This document shows positions 10,321 to 19,179 of a stretch of 64,000 nt of DNA, piece after piece. Source of the stretch: Akkermansiaceae bacterium. Its GTDB lineage: Bacteria > Verrucomicrobiota > Verrucomicrobiia > Verrucomicrobiales > Akkermansiaceae. Below the pieces are notes generated by a model that saw only the letters and a list, made by a program, of their open reading frames with translations, searched no databases and was not told the origin of the DNA. The translations under genes and the position numbers were made by a program. Each line of letters begins with the position of its first letter. Positions within the stretch are counted from its first letter, which is position 1. The DNA is taken from assembly GCA_040880785.1 (NCBI GenBank), contig JBBEEL010000077.1, forward strand, positions 19,857 to 83,856, read 5' to 3'.

Positions 10321-10427
10321 GGATTGATTGGTTTTGGGGACTTTTGGGGAGTCGGGAATTTTGGGTAAACTTGTGTGATGCGAATGCATCTGGAGGTTTT
10401 TGAGCCTCCACAATTACGGATGAAAAT

Positions 10428-10468
10428 ACGGCCGCCGTGGAAAAAAACCAAAATTCCACGACGGCCGT
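10428..10468. terminator. Intergenic stem-loop after the PEP-CTERM gene (terminator or 3' stabiliser)
   Basis: Inverted repeat ACGGCCG.CGTGGAA...TTCCACG.CGGCCGT lies ~28 nt after the stop at 10496 on the minus strand. Confidence 0.55.
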
Positions 10469-10495
10469 TTGAGAGTCTCAATGGACCGAGAAGCT

Positions 10496-11362
10496 TCAGA
10501 ATCTGCGGCGGCGAAGGAGCGCCAGCATGCCGAGACCACCCAGAAGCGCTGCCGATGGCTCGGGGATGGTGACCGCGTTGAAGGTGGTGCCCCAGCGGAC
10601 TTCATCCCAGCTGGCGGAGTTGCCTTCGTAGTCGGAGAATGCGAGGCGGTCCCAGGTCAGATTCTGGCCGCTAACCGTCGTTCCACCGGCTGCGTCTCCG
10701 AATCCCAGCGTGGGATCCAGCCAGACGGTGACGCTGTCGCTCGCAGCAGTGGCGCTGAGGTCGAATTTCACCACAAACAGATGAACGGTGGTGTTTGCCG
10801 CCACTCCCGTACTGGTGTAGGCGTTATCCACTCCGAAATTGTAGTTCGTGCCGGTTTGTCCACCGTTGGTGGTGAGGCCGGCGTCGAAATTGCGGCTGGC
10901 ATCCGCAGTATTGCCTTGGAAGAGGCTTAGTGTTTGATAGGTTGTCGGGCCGGTTTCCTGTCCGCTCTGGAAGAGAAAACTCATGTAGAGCGCGCCTGCG
11001 GTGGTGTCGGTGACGGTCAGCGAACTGTCCAGGAGGCGGAAGACCCGTCCGCTGTTGGCCGTGTTGATTTCGCTCCCGGTGGTGTTGTTGGCGACAGTCA
11101 CCTTGTCGCCCGCGGAGCCCGCATACAGCGCACCGCCGTAAGTCAGCGACCCGGTCGTGACCGCTGGCTCGGCATCGCCAAAGTCAATGTCGGTCCAGTT
11201 TCCCGTATAGCCGGCAACCGAAGGTGAAGTGGTGGATGGGAGTTCCCCGGTGGTGTAGCCGGAGAACGACTCGTGGCTGATCAAGGCCGCTTGGGCGAGT
11301 GAGGGGGTGAGCACACCGAGCAGCGGAAAGGCTGCCAGTTGGAGGGTTTTGCGGAATTTCAT
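10496..11362 (-). CDS. PEP-CTERM surface protein consisting of a single copy of the unnamed domain
   Basis: Signal peptide MKFRKTLQLAAFPLLGVLTPSLAQA (an alternative ATG lies at 11419). C-terminus IPEPSAALLGGLGMLALLRRRRF is a canonical PEP-CTERM. Confidence 0.92.
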   Translation of the reverse strand: MKFRKTLQLAAFPLLGVLTPSLAQAALISHESFSGYTTGELPSTTSPSVAGYTGNWTDIDFGDAEPAVTTGSLTYGGALYAGSAGDKVTVANNTTGSEINTANSGRVFRLLDSSLTVTDTTAGALYMSFLFQSGQETGPTTYQTLSLFQGNTADASRNFDAGLTTNGGQTGTNYNFGVDNAYTSTGVAANTTVHLFVVKFDLSATAASDSVTVWLDPTLGFGDAAGGTTVSGQNLTWDRLAFSDYEGNSASWDEVRWGTTFNAVTIPEPSAALLGGLGMLALLRRRRF

Positions 11363-11425
11363 TTTGGGTATGTGTATGGTTCGTAACAATGAGCCGAACG
11401 GAAATGAGAACCCGTTCATCAGGAC

Positions 11426-11475
11426 AAACGTGTTCCGCCACCCAAACCCGAAGCGGGTTGTGAAAATATTTTCAC
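11426..11475 (-). promoter_or_regulatory. Candidate ECF-sigma promoter plus a perfect 16-bp palindrome
   Basis: The minus strand reads TTCGGGTTT-N13-CGTTT, 6 nt before ATG 11419. The GTGAAAATATTTTCAC palindrome at 11460-11475 lies just upstream. Confidence 0.45.
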
Positions 11476-11526
11476 TTTTTTTTCAGGGATGCGGTGTTTG
11501 TCTGCAAGGCAGCCTGCCGCAAGTGC

Positions 11527-13710
11527 TCACATCCCGATCAGCGCCTCTGCTTCCCGGCGGAGAATGCGGGTGTTCACCCAGTCGTGCCAGAAAATGCCAG
11601 AGTCCAGCTGAGTGTTAAGCTGCCCGGTGAAACGGTCTCCCATGATTTGGCTGGCGCTATCGAATTCCGCACGGGCGTCTTCGGTTTTACCCAGACGGAA
11701 GCATGCCATGGCGCGCAGCAATCGTGCGGAAGCGTCCCTTGCGGGGTTCTTGTTTGTGGGATCGATGCTGCGAGCGGCCCACTCGGACGCGGCGGCGAAT
11801 TCGTTCCGGCGGTAAGCCATCAGGGCAACGGAGAACATGCGCCATGCCACCAGTTGGGGCGAGCCCTGCAAGTTGGATTCCGCCACTTTCCCGCAGGAAC
11901 CAAGTGCTGCCAGCATTTCGGCCTCAGCGGGAAGAAGCAGGCAGGTTTTGAGCAATTGCTCGGCCACCACCGGATTGGTGGTTTTTTGGAAGCGCTTGAT
12001 GGCGATCTTTCGCAGGCGCTCGTAGCCCGCGATGTCCCCCGCCTCGCACAGGGATGCGGCGGCGGGCAGCAGGTCGCGGGAGACTTCGTCCGTGTCTGAC
12101 ACATCCACGGCGGTGATCGCATAGACGAGCGCCGAATATCGTTCCGCTGCTTGGTCCCAGCGGCCGGCGACGACATGCCACTCGCCCAGCTTGCGGAAGG
12201 TGGCGGCGCTTTCCAACGACGGCTGGGCTGCGTTGACCGGGATTTCGGCGAGGAGTTGGTCGGCGGCCTCGATGTTGTTGTATTTCAACTGGACCGCCGC
12301 CTGGGCGATTTTTCCGCGGGACTCCGCCGCCTCGCGCATTCCCGCTTCGCGGAGGCGTCCGAGTTCCGCAATTTCGCGCAGCTGCACCTGTTCTTGGCGG
12401 GCGTGTTTTTCACGGACAAACATCCAGGTGGAGATGCCGAAGCCGGCGATCAGCGTCGCGACCACGATGCTACCCGCCACGAAGACCTCGCGGTTCCGAC
12501 GCACCAGCCGCCGCAGGCGATACCTGCGGCTTGACGGGCGCGCCAGGACCGGTTCGTTGTGCAAATGGCGGGCCACATCCGCAGCGAACGCATCGGCCGA
12601 ACCGTATCGCATCTGACGGTCTTTCGCCATGGCCATCATGACAATCCGATCAAGATCCCCGCGGAGCAGGGCCGGGAGTTTCTGCGGCTCGCAGGAACGG
12701 AGGGCGGCGGTTTCACGCAATTCCGCGGCATCCAATGCCGCCACCAGCGCGGAAGGATCGCGAGGCTCCACTTCGCGAAGAATGCGGCGGATTTCCCCCA
12801 CATCGGAGTTCTGGAGTTTCTTGGGATCGAACGGCGGCCGACCTGTTATCAGTTCGTAAAGCAGGGCACCGAGCGCGTAAATATCGCAGCGGGTATCGAC
12901 GTCCATGCCATTTCCGTCCGCCTGTTCCGGACTCATGTAGGCGGGAGTGCCGACGAATTGCCCGACCTCGGTGAATGTGATGCTTTCGCCGGGATGCCCG
13001 GTGGCGGCCTTCGCAATGCCGAAATCAATGACCTTGGGCACCGCCACACCATCGCAATCCATGACGATGATGTTGGATGGCTTGATGTCGCGGTGGATCA
13101 CCCCTTTTTGGTGGGCGTGCTGGATGGCCAGGCAGACCCGGTTGAACAACTCCAGGCGTTGCCTGATTCCGAGCCGCTTGCCATCGCAGAAATCCGTGAT
13201 TTTCTCGCCCTCCACCCACTGCATCACGAAAAACGGTCGCCCGGAGGAGGTGGCCCCGGCGTCATAGACACGGGCGATGTTAGGATGCTCCATCATCGCA
13301 AGCGCCTGCCGCTCCATCTCGAAGCGGGCGATCACGTTTTCCGTGTCCATCCCCAAGCGGAGGATTTTCAGCGCCACGTGCCTGCGCACCGGCACCATCT
13401 GCTCGGCGAGATACACCACCGCACATCCGCCCTCACCGAGCTTTTCCAACAACCGATAGCGCCCAACCTGGGTATCCATCTGCTCCGCGGCGCCCGCGGA
13501 TTGCATCGGAGCGGCGGCGAGGGCTTCGTTCCTTGCCGCTTCGAAGAATTGATCCGCCGAGTCGCGCAGGCACAGAAGTCGTTCGATGCGCTGCCGGAGT
13601 TCTGGGATTCCCTGGCAGGTTTGGTCGAGAAACGCCTCGCGTTCACTGGAGTCGGCAATCGCGGATGCTCCTTCGAACAGGGTTCTCTCAATGGTTTTGG
13701 ACGCGCTCAC
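11527..13710 (-). CDS. Membrane-anchored Hanks-type Ser/Thr protein kinase with a TPR-like C-terminal region
   Basis: Kinase motifs LGEGGCAVVY, VALK, HRDIKPSN, DFG, GTPAYMSPEQ and DIYALG. TM segment VFVAGSIVVATLIAGFGISTWMF is followed by helical repeats. Confidence 0.95.
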   Translation of the reverse strand: MSASKTIERTLFEGASAIADSSEREAFLDQTCQGIPELRQRIERLLCLRDSADQFFEAARNEALAAAPMQSAGAAEQMDTQVGRYRLLEKLGEGGCAVVYLAEQMVPVRRHVALKILRLGMDTENVIARFEMERQALAMMEHPNIARVYDAGATSSGRPFFVMQWVEGEKITDFCDGKRLGIRQRLELFNRVCLAIQHAHQKGVIHRDIKPSNIIVMDCDGVAVPKVIDFGIAKAATGHPGESITFTEVGQFVGTPAYMSPEQADGNGMDVDTRCDIYALGALLYELITGRPPFDPKKLQNSDVGEIRRILREVEPRDPSALVAALDAAELRETAALRSCEPQKLPALLRGDLDRIVMMAMAKDRQMRYGSADAFAADVARHLHNEPVLARPSSRRYRLRRLVRRNREVFVAGSIVVATLIAGFGISTWMFVREKHARQEQVQLREIAELGRLREAGMREAAESRGKIAQAAVQLKYNNIEAADQLLAEIPVNAAQPSLESAATFRKLGEWHVVAGRWDQAAERYSALVYAITAVDVSDTDEVSRDLLPAAASLCEAGDIAGYERLRKIAIKRFQKTTNPVVAEQLLKTCLLLPAEAEMLAALGSCGKVAESNLQGSPQLVAWRMFSVALMAYRRNEFAAASEWAARSIDPTNKNPARDASARLLRAMACFRLGKTEDARAEFDSASQIMGDRFTGQLNTQLDSGIFWHDWVNTRILRREAEALIGM

Positions 13711-13728
13711 GATACGACAGATGAAGGG

Positions 13729-14289
13729 TCACCCTGCATTTTCCTGGATCAGGTGAAACAGGGACGTCTTGGCGAAAGCCCATTTGCTTTCGATGGTGCG
13801 CACGCTCACGCCGTCCGCCCGGGCGATTTCCTTGTTGGTCAGTCCTCCGAAAAATTTCAGCATGACGATCCGAGCGCTCTCGGGATCCTCCTGTTCCAGC
13901 CGGTCCAGCGCTTCATTGACCTGCAGAATGGACTCGTCCTTCACGCCCGCCTCGATTTCAACGTCATCCAATTCAACCCGTTCCTTCCCGCAGTCCCGTT
14001 TGAGGCAGGCCTTTTTTCTAGCGCGATCCACCAGAATACAACGCATCGCCAAAGCCGCGGCCCGGAAAAAGTGGGCGCGGTCGTTCCAGGTGCTGTCCTT
14101 GTTACCCACCAGCCGCAACCAAGCTTCATGCACCAATGCGGTCGGCTGCAACGTCTGCCCCGGGGCACCGGCCATTCGCGCGGTCGCCAGCCCTCTCAAC
14201 TCCGCGTAAACCAATGGCAGCAAGTCTTCGGACGGCAGTTTCCCGCCGGCACCCGCCGCTTGTAGAATTCTTGTGATCTCCCCTTCCAT
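13729..14289 (-). CDS. ECF sigma factor of the kinase-associated type (TIGR02999-like)
   Basis: LLPLVYAELRGLA, QTLQPTALVHEAWLRL, FFRAAALAMRCILVDRAR and region 4 FFGGLTNKEIARADGVSVRTIESKW. Located directly upstream of the kinase. Confidence 0.95.
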   Translation of the reverse strand: MEGEITRILQAAGAGGKLPSEDLLPLVYAELRGLATARMAGAPGQTLQPTALVHEAWLRLVGNKDSTWNDRAHFFRAAALAMRCILVDRARKKACLKRDCGKERVELDDVEIEAGVKDESILQVNEALDRLEQEDPESARIVMLKFFGGLTNKEIARADGVSVRTIESKWAFAKTSLFHLIQENAG

Positions 14290-14487
14290 GGCTGAAGCAG
14301 AGTCTAGTCCGTCAATCCAGGAATGAAACCAAATTCCAGCTCCGCCTTCGGCTTGGCCAAGTGGCTTGGATCAAGGTTACTGCGGCAGCGACAGCCAGCC
14401 TGGTGCTCATGAGTCCACTCCTTTCCGGGTTGACTCGTTGCGAGGTCCGCTGCTCAATCATTGCCACGCATCTAACACGTTCCTGCC

Positions 14488-16839
14488 ATGCCCTCGAAGA
14501 TTCATTGCCTCCTCGCCCTCCTCGCCCTCCTGTTCCTCGCTTTCGCCCTGCCAGCCCCTGCCGATCCGGCGGCTCCGGCGAAACATCAATTCGCGATCGG
14601 CGAGGATCAGTTCACCATCGACGGCAACAAGCTGGTGATCCGCTGCGGAGAATTGCACTTCGCCCGCATCCCGCCGGAGTATTGGCGGCACCGGCTGAAG
14701 ATGGCCAAGGCGATGGGCCTCAACACGGTCTGCGCTTACTTTTTCTGGAATTTCCACGAGTGGGAGGAAGGCAAGTTCGATTGGACCGGCTGGCGCGACG
14801 CGGCGGAGTTTTGCAGGATCGCCCAAGAGGAAGGGCTTTGGGTCATTGTTAGACCCGGACCTTACGCCTGCGCCGAGTGGGAAATGGGCGGCCTGCCGTG
14901 GTGGCTGGTGAAGCACGACAACATCGGCCTGCGCTCGAAGGATCCGAAATTTCTGGTCCCCGCGACCCGCTACCTCAAGGAGGTCGCGCGTGTGCTCGCA
15001 CCGCTGCAGGTGACCCATGGCGGTCCGATCCTGATGGTGCAGGTGGAGAACGAATATGGTTCGTTCGGCAATGACGCCGAATACATGGGCCTGCTTCGCC
15101 AAGCGCTGATAGACGGCGGGATCAACGTGCCCTTGTTCGCTTGCAATCCGACTGGCGCGATCGGTGCCGGATTCCGGGACGACTTGTTCCAAGTGGTGAA
15201 TTTCAGTCCGGGTGCCTCCGAGAAAGCGTTCGAAACGCTGCGGAAATTCCAGAAAACCGGCCCGCTCATGAATGGCGAATTCTATCCCGCGTGGTTCGAC
15301 ATGTGGGGCCGTGCCCACCGCGTCAGCGACGTGAACAACTTCATCGGCGACCTCGAAGCGATGTTGAAAAAGGATCGTTCGTTCAGCATCTACATGGCCC
15401 ACGGCGGCACCTCGTTCGGGCTGTGGGCGGGCGCTGATAGACCGTTTTCGCCGGACACCAGCAGCTATGACTACGACGCGCCCATCAGCGAGGCGGGCTG
15501 GGCGGCACCGGGCAAATTCGAGCGCGTGCGGGCACTGTTTGCCAAACACCTGCTGCCGGGCGAAACCCTGCCGGATGTGCCGGCTCCAAATCCGGTCATC
15601 GAAATCCCGCCATTCAACGTGAAGGAAATGGCACCGGTTAGAAAAAACCTGCCTGCATCCATCAAGGACGAACAACCGAAGACCATGGAGTTCTACGGGC
15701 AAAGCCGTGGGAACACTCTCTACCGGACAACCCTGCCGGCGGGGCCGGAAGGCACGCTGGCAGCGGCGGAGATCCACGATTTCGCCTGGGTGTTTGCGGA
15801 TGGCAAACAGATCGGAGTCATGGACCGCCGGGCCAAACGCTATTCAGTAAAAATCCCGGCGCGCGAAAAACCTACGCAGGTGGACATTCTGATCGAAGCG
15901 ATGGGCCGGGTCAATTTTGGCAAGGAAATCTTCGACCGCAAGGGCCTGCATGGTCCCGTGCGATTCAATGGTAGCGAAGTCTCCGACTGGGAGATTTTCC
16001 CGCTGCCGCTGGACGAGGCGCAACTCGCCTCCCTGAAATACGAGCCAATGGCGGCTAACAGTGGCCCGGCATTCTGGAGAGGAACATTCAGTCTAGCAAA
16101 AACCGGCGACACCTTTCTTGATGTTAGAAACTGGGGCAAAGGCGTGGCGTGGATCAACGGCCACTGCCTCGGCCGCTTCTGGAACATCGGGCCGACCCAA
16201 ACGATGTATGTCCCCGGCCCGTGGCTCAAGGTCGGCGAGAACGAGGTGGTCATGCTCGACCTGGTCGGCCCGGAGAAACCCGGCCTCGCGGGATTGAGCA
16301 AGCAGATCCTCGACCAGCTCCGACTCGACCTCGACTTCGCCCGGAAAGTCCGGGCGAGCGGGACTTTCGACTCGAAATCCCTCGCCCCGGTCGCGAAGGG
16401 CAGCTTCAAGCCGGACGCCGAGTGGCAGGAAGTGAAATTCGACCGCCCGCAGAAAGGCCGCTACTTCTGCCTCGAAGCGCTGAACGCCGATAAAGATCAA
16501 TACGCCGCCATTTCCGAACTCGACGCGTTCGATGCCAAGGGCGAGGTGATGTCCAAAAACAAGTGGAGCGTCTTCTGGGTCAGCAGCGAGGAAACCAGCG
16601 CCGAACCCGGCGAAGCGGAGAACATGCTCGATGGCCAGACCTCATCGATCTGGCACAGCGCCTACAAGAATTCCCAACCCGGCTTCCCGCACCGCGTGGT
16701 GATGGACCTGGGCGAAACTACCGAGCTAACAGGCATCCGCTACCTCGCCCGCGCCGGTTCTGGCACGCCCGGACGGATCAAGGATTTCCGCATCTTTGTC
16801 AGCGACCAGCCGTTCGGGCTGGTGCCGGCCAAGCCGTGA
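14488..16839 (+). CDS. GH35 beta-galactosidase with a C-terminal F5/8 type C (CBM32-like) domain
   Basis: Signal peptide, GELHFARIP, KAMGLNTVCAY, RPGPYACAEWEMGGLP, QVENEYG (acid/base), MNGEFYPAWF (nucleophile), SYDYDAPI, and C-terminal MLDGQTSSIWHS...GIRYLAR. Confidence 0.95.
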   Translation: MPSKIHCLLALLALLFLAFALPAPADPAAPAKHQFAIGEDQFTIDGNKLVIRCGELHFARIPPEYWRHRLKMAKAMGLNTVCAYFFWNFHEWEEGKFDWTGWRDAAEFCRIAQEEGLWVIVRPGPYACAEWEMGGLPWWLVKHDNIGLRSKDPKFLVPATRYLKEVARVLAPLQVTHGGPILMVQVENEYGSFGNDAEYMGLLRQALIDGGINVPLFACNPTGAIGAGFRDDLFQVVNFSPGASEKAFETLRKFQKTGPLMNGEFYPAWFDMWGRAHRVSDVNNFIGDLEAMLKKDRSFSIYMAHGGTSFGLWAGADRPFSPDTSSYDYDAPISEAGWAAPGKFERVRALFAKHLLPGETLPDVPAPNPVIEIPPFNVKEMAPVRKNLPASIKDEQPKTMEFYGQSRGNTLYRTTLPAGPEGTLAAAEIHDFAWVFADGKQIGVMDRRAKRYSVKIPAREKPTQVDILIEAMGRVNFGKEIFDRKGLHGPVRFNGSEVSDWEIFPLPLDEAQLASLKYEPMAANSGPAFWRGTFSLAKTGDTFLDVRNWGKGVAWINGHCLGRFWNIGPTQTMYVPGPWLKVGENEVVMLDLVGPEKPGLAGLSKQILDQLRLDLDFARKVRASGTFDSKSLAPVAKGSFKPDAEWQEVKFDRPQKGRYFCLEALNADKDQYAAISELDAFDAKGEVMSKNKWSVFWVSSEETSAEPGEAENMLDGQTSSIWHSAYKNSQPGFPHRVVMDLGETTELTGIRYLARAGSGTPGRIKDFRIFVSDQPFGLVPAKP

Positions 16840-16860
16840 TTCCGGGCTGCCGCGAGCTTC

Positions 16861-16889
16861 TTGACATCACGCATCTCGGGCACTATTTT
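16861..16889 (+). promoter_or_regulatory. Sigma70-type promoter of the vapBC operon, probably leaderless
   Basis: TTGACA (16861-66), 17-nt spacer, TATTTT (16884-89). ATG is 8 nt downstream and there is no Shine-Dalgarno. Confidence 0.65.
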
Positions 16890-16897
16890 CGTGCTAC

Positions 16898-17128
16898 ATG
16901 AAAAACGTGACGATTGCCTTGGATGAGGATGTTGTCCGGTGGGCGAAAGTCTGGGCGGCGAGCCACGACACCAGCGTCTCCCGGATGCTCGGGGAGGAAT
17001 TGCGCAGGAAGATGCTTGCGGAGCAGCACTACGCGCGCGCGCAAAAGCGATTTCTGGCCAAAACCCCGAAGCTGCTGAAGCCCGCAGGCACCTCCTACCC
17101 CGGCCGGGACAGTCTGTATGAGCGATAA
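16898..17128 (+). CDS. vapB: Ribbon-helix-helix antitoxin (CopG/DUF6364-like)
   Basis: MKNVTIALDEDVVRWAKVWAASHDTSVSRML fits an RHH fold. It overlaps the PIN gene. Confidence 0.85.
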   Translation: MKNVTIALDEDVVRWAKVWAASHDTSVSRMLGEELRRKMLAEQHYARAQKRFLAKTPKLLKPAGTSYPGRDSLYER

Positions 17129-17549
17129 TATTTTCGTGGACACCAACATCCTGCTCTACTCGCGGGATGCCTCGGAGCCGGAAAAACAGGTGATTGCCAC
17201 CGCAAGGCTCGCAGAGCTTTGGGAAACACGCGCCGGGCGGATCTCCGTGCAGGTGCTCAACGAGTATTTCGTCAATGTGACCCGCAAGCTCGATCCCGGG
17301 CTTTCACCGGAAGAGGCATGGGATGACGTCGAAGCACTCTCAGCATGGAATCCGCTCCCCATCGACATGGCGATCCTCACCCGTTCCTACGCAATCCAAC
17401 GCCGTTACCAGCTCTCATGGTGGGACTCGATGATCGTTGCCGCAGCGGAGGCCGCCGGTTGTTCCCGCATTCTCAGCGAAGATCTTTCGCACGGCACAAA
17501 CTACTTCGGCATCTCCGTGGAAAATCCCTTCGCGGATGTTTCCGAGTGA
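17118..17549 (+). CDS. vapC: PIN-domain ribonuclease toxin
   Basis: IFVDTNILLY, SVQVLNEY, LSWWDSMIVAAA, ILSEDLSHG and VENPF. Confidence 0.93.
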   Translation: MSDNIFVDTNILLYSRDASEPEKQVIATARLAELWETRAGRISVQVLNEYFVNVTRKLDPGLSPEEAWDDVEALSAWNPLPIDMAILTRSYAIQRRYQLSWWDSMIVAAAEAAGCSRILSEDLSHGTNYFGISVENPFADVSE

Positions 17550-17638
17550 AGGCGAAACGGACGAAGCCATGCGCCTCCCGCTCAGTCCCGCGCCCTCCTG
17601 CTCTGAAACATCAGAGCTTGCCCCGCAGTAACGACTTC

Positions 17639-18436
17639 ATGTTGAAAAAATCCAAACTCCTCTCGTCTGCGTCGATCATCACCGGCCTCGGTCTTCTCTC
17701 GCTCACCTTGGGCTTGGCCACGGCTGATCCCGCGGAAGCGGAAAAAAGCGGAGAGAAGCCACTCAAAGTCCTCATCGTCACCGGCGGATGCTGCCACGAT
17801 TACGAATTCCAATCCGCCGCGATGATCGAAGGCATCGGCAAACGCACGGGCGCGGAATTCACCCTCGTCAACGAAGGCGGCAAGGGCACCGACGCGCAAA
17901 TCGCTTTGTATGATTCTCCGGATTGGGCGAAACCCTACGACGTAGTGATCCACAACGAATGCTTCGCGGACACCAAGGACGCCACATACATCCGCAAGAT
18001 CACGGATGCCCACAAGGCCGGCGCACCCGCCGTCGTCGTCCATTGCGCGATGCACACCTACCGCGACGTGCCGATCGATGATTGGCGCCAGTTCCTCGGC
18101 GTCACGAGCCGCCAGCACGAGCACCAGAGCGAGTATCCGGTGAAAGTCGAGGTGGCCGACCACCCGGTGATGAAAAATTTCCCCGAGGCCTGGGTGACGC
18201 CCAAGGACGAACTCTACATCGTCACCAAAACCTGGGACAAGACCACGGTGCTCGCGACTTCCAAGAGCGAGAAAAATCAGGCCGTGCAACCGGTGATGTG
18301 GGTGAATGATTTCCACGGCACCCGCGTGGTCGGCACCACCTACGGTCATACCAACGAGACCTTCAGTGATCCGGTGTTCCTGGAATTCCTCTCTCGCGGC
18401 GTCGTCTGGGCGGCCGGGCGCGAGTGGAAGGATTGA
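17639..18436 (+). CDS. ThuA domain-containing secreted protein
   Basis: Signal peptide from ATG 17639, LKVLIVTGGCCHDY, VVHCAMH, HPVMKNFP, KDELY and TTYGHTNETF. Confidence 0.88.
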   Translation: MLKKSKLLSSASIITGLGLLSLTLGLATADPAEAEKSGEKPLKVLIVTGGCCHDYEFQSAAMIEGIGKRTGAEFTLVNEGGKGTDAQIALYDSPDWAKPYDVVIHNECFADTKDATYIRKITDAHKAGAPAVVVHCAMHTYRDVPIDDWRQFLGVTSRQHEHQSEYPVKVEVADHPVMKNFPEAWVTPKDELYIVTKTWDKTTVLATSKSEKNQAVQPVMWVNDFHGTRVVGTTYGHTNETFSDPVFLEFLSRGVVWAAGREWKD

Positions 18437-18650
18437 GAAATCCGCGCCATCCCGCGAAACAAAGAGGTCGCGGCGGGGGGCACGCTCGGCATTTCCCCAT
18501 CATGGGCGGCACCTCGCTGGTGTGCTTCATCGCCGGATGGTTGCTGAAAATGAAGCAACCCATCCTGCGGAAGCTTCTTGGAAATGTGAAACTAGAGGCA
18601 TTGCGCTCGCCCGGAAGCCTTTCATCCTCCCGAGGAACTTGGATTTTTTA

Positions 18651-18742
18651 ACCGCCAAGACGCCAAGGTCGCCAAGGTGGATTGGATGCCGGGATCACGG
18701 CACTTTCCTTGGCGTTCTTGGCGTTCTTGGCGTCTTGGCGGT
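18651..18742. repeat. REP-like inverted tandem repeat, (CGCCAAG)n / (CTTGGCG)n
   Basis: ACCGCCAAGACGCCAAGGTCGCCAAGG (18651-77) is paired with CCTTGGCGTTCTTGGCGTTCTTGGCGTCTTGGCGGT (18707-42). Confidence 0.8.
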
Positions 18743-18966
18743 GATTTTTTGGAGTTACTTGCCTTTCGACACCCGTCCACCGGGTTCTGGTGCTAGAAAG
18801 AGAAATGAACGCAGATAGACATTGATTTTAAGACGCTTCTGAAGAATTTCCGCTTCACCGTGAGGGTGAAACTGACAATCGATTCAACCCTTTGAGTATC
18901 TGCGTTAATTTGACTCATTTCCAGAAACAAAGAGAGTAACTTTTATTGAAAAAGGTCGGCGTCCCG

Positions 18967-19012
18967 CGCTTTCACCATAAATGTCTCACGTGAGACATTT
19001 ATGGTGAAAGCG
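18967..19012. repeat. Perfect 46-bp palindrome with no spacer
   Basis: CGCTTTCACCATAAATGTCTCAC|GTGAGACATTTATGGTGAAAGCG. Confidence 0.95.
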
Positions 19013-19111
19013 AGTGGGATGAAATACAGGGTATTCATTTCAAGTTACTCGGGAGCACCGACCCGCCGTGTGGGATAGAGTTGGCAGTAACTTTCGCTTT
19101 TTCATTGGCGT

Positions 19112-19134
19112 CGACGGTCGCAGACCGCCGCTAC
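19112..19134 (-). repeat. GTAG-type REP element
   Basis: The minus strand reads GTAG-CGGCGGTC-TGC-GACCGTCG: a GTAG tetranucleotide followed by an imperfect hairpin. Confidence 0.7.
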
Positions 19135-19179
19135 AAGCGTTCTCATTCGCGCCCGTAACTGACAAGTTATTCAGAAGGT

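Noticed and set aside
12559-14265. Long antisense ORFs (also 32814-34958, 45979-47676, 55529-57391, 14458-15777)
   Set aside because: These are shadow frames opposite well-supported genes in high-GC DNA, with no recognisable motifs.
18490-18600. Hydrophobic reading FPIMGGTSLVCFIAGWLLKMKQPILRKLLGNVK, possibly another orphan transporter C-terminus
   Set aside because: Too short and without a diagnostic motif to support without a search.
18640-19175. Possible CRISPR array
   Set aside because: The repeats are inverted and heterogeneous, with no constant repeat-spacer period and no cas genes.
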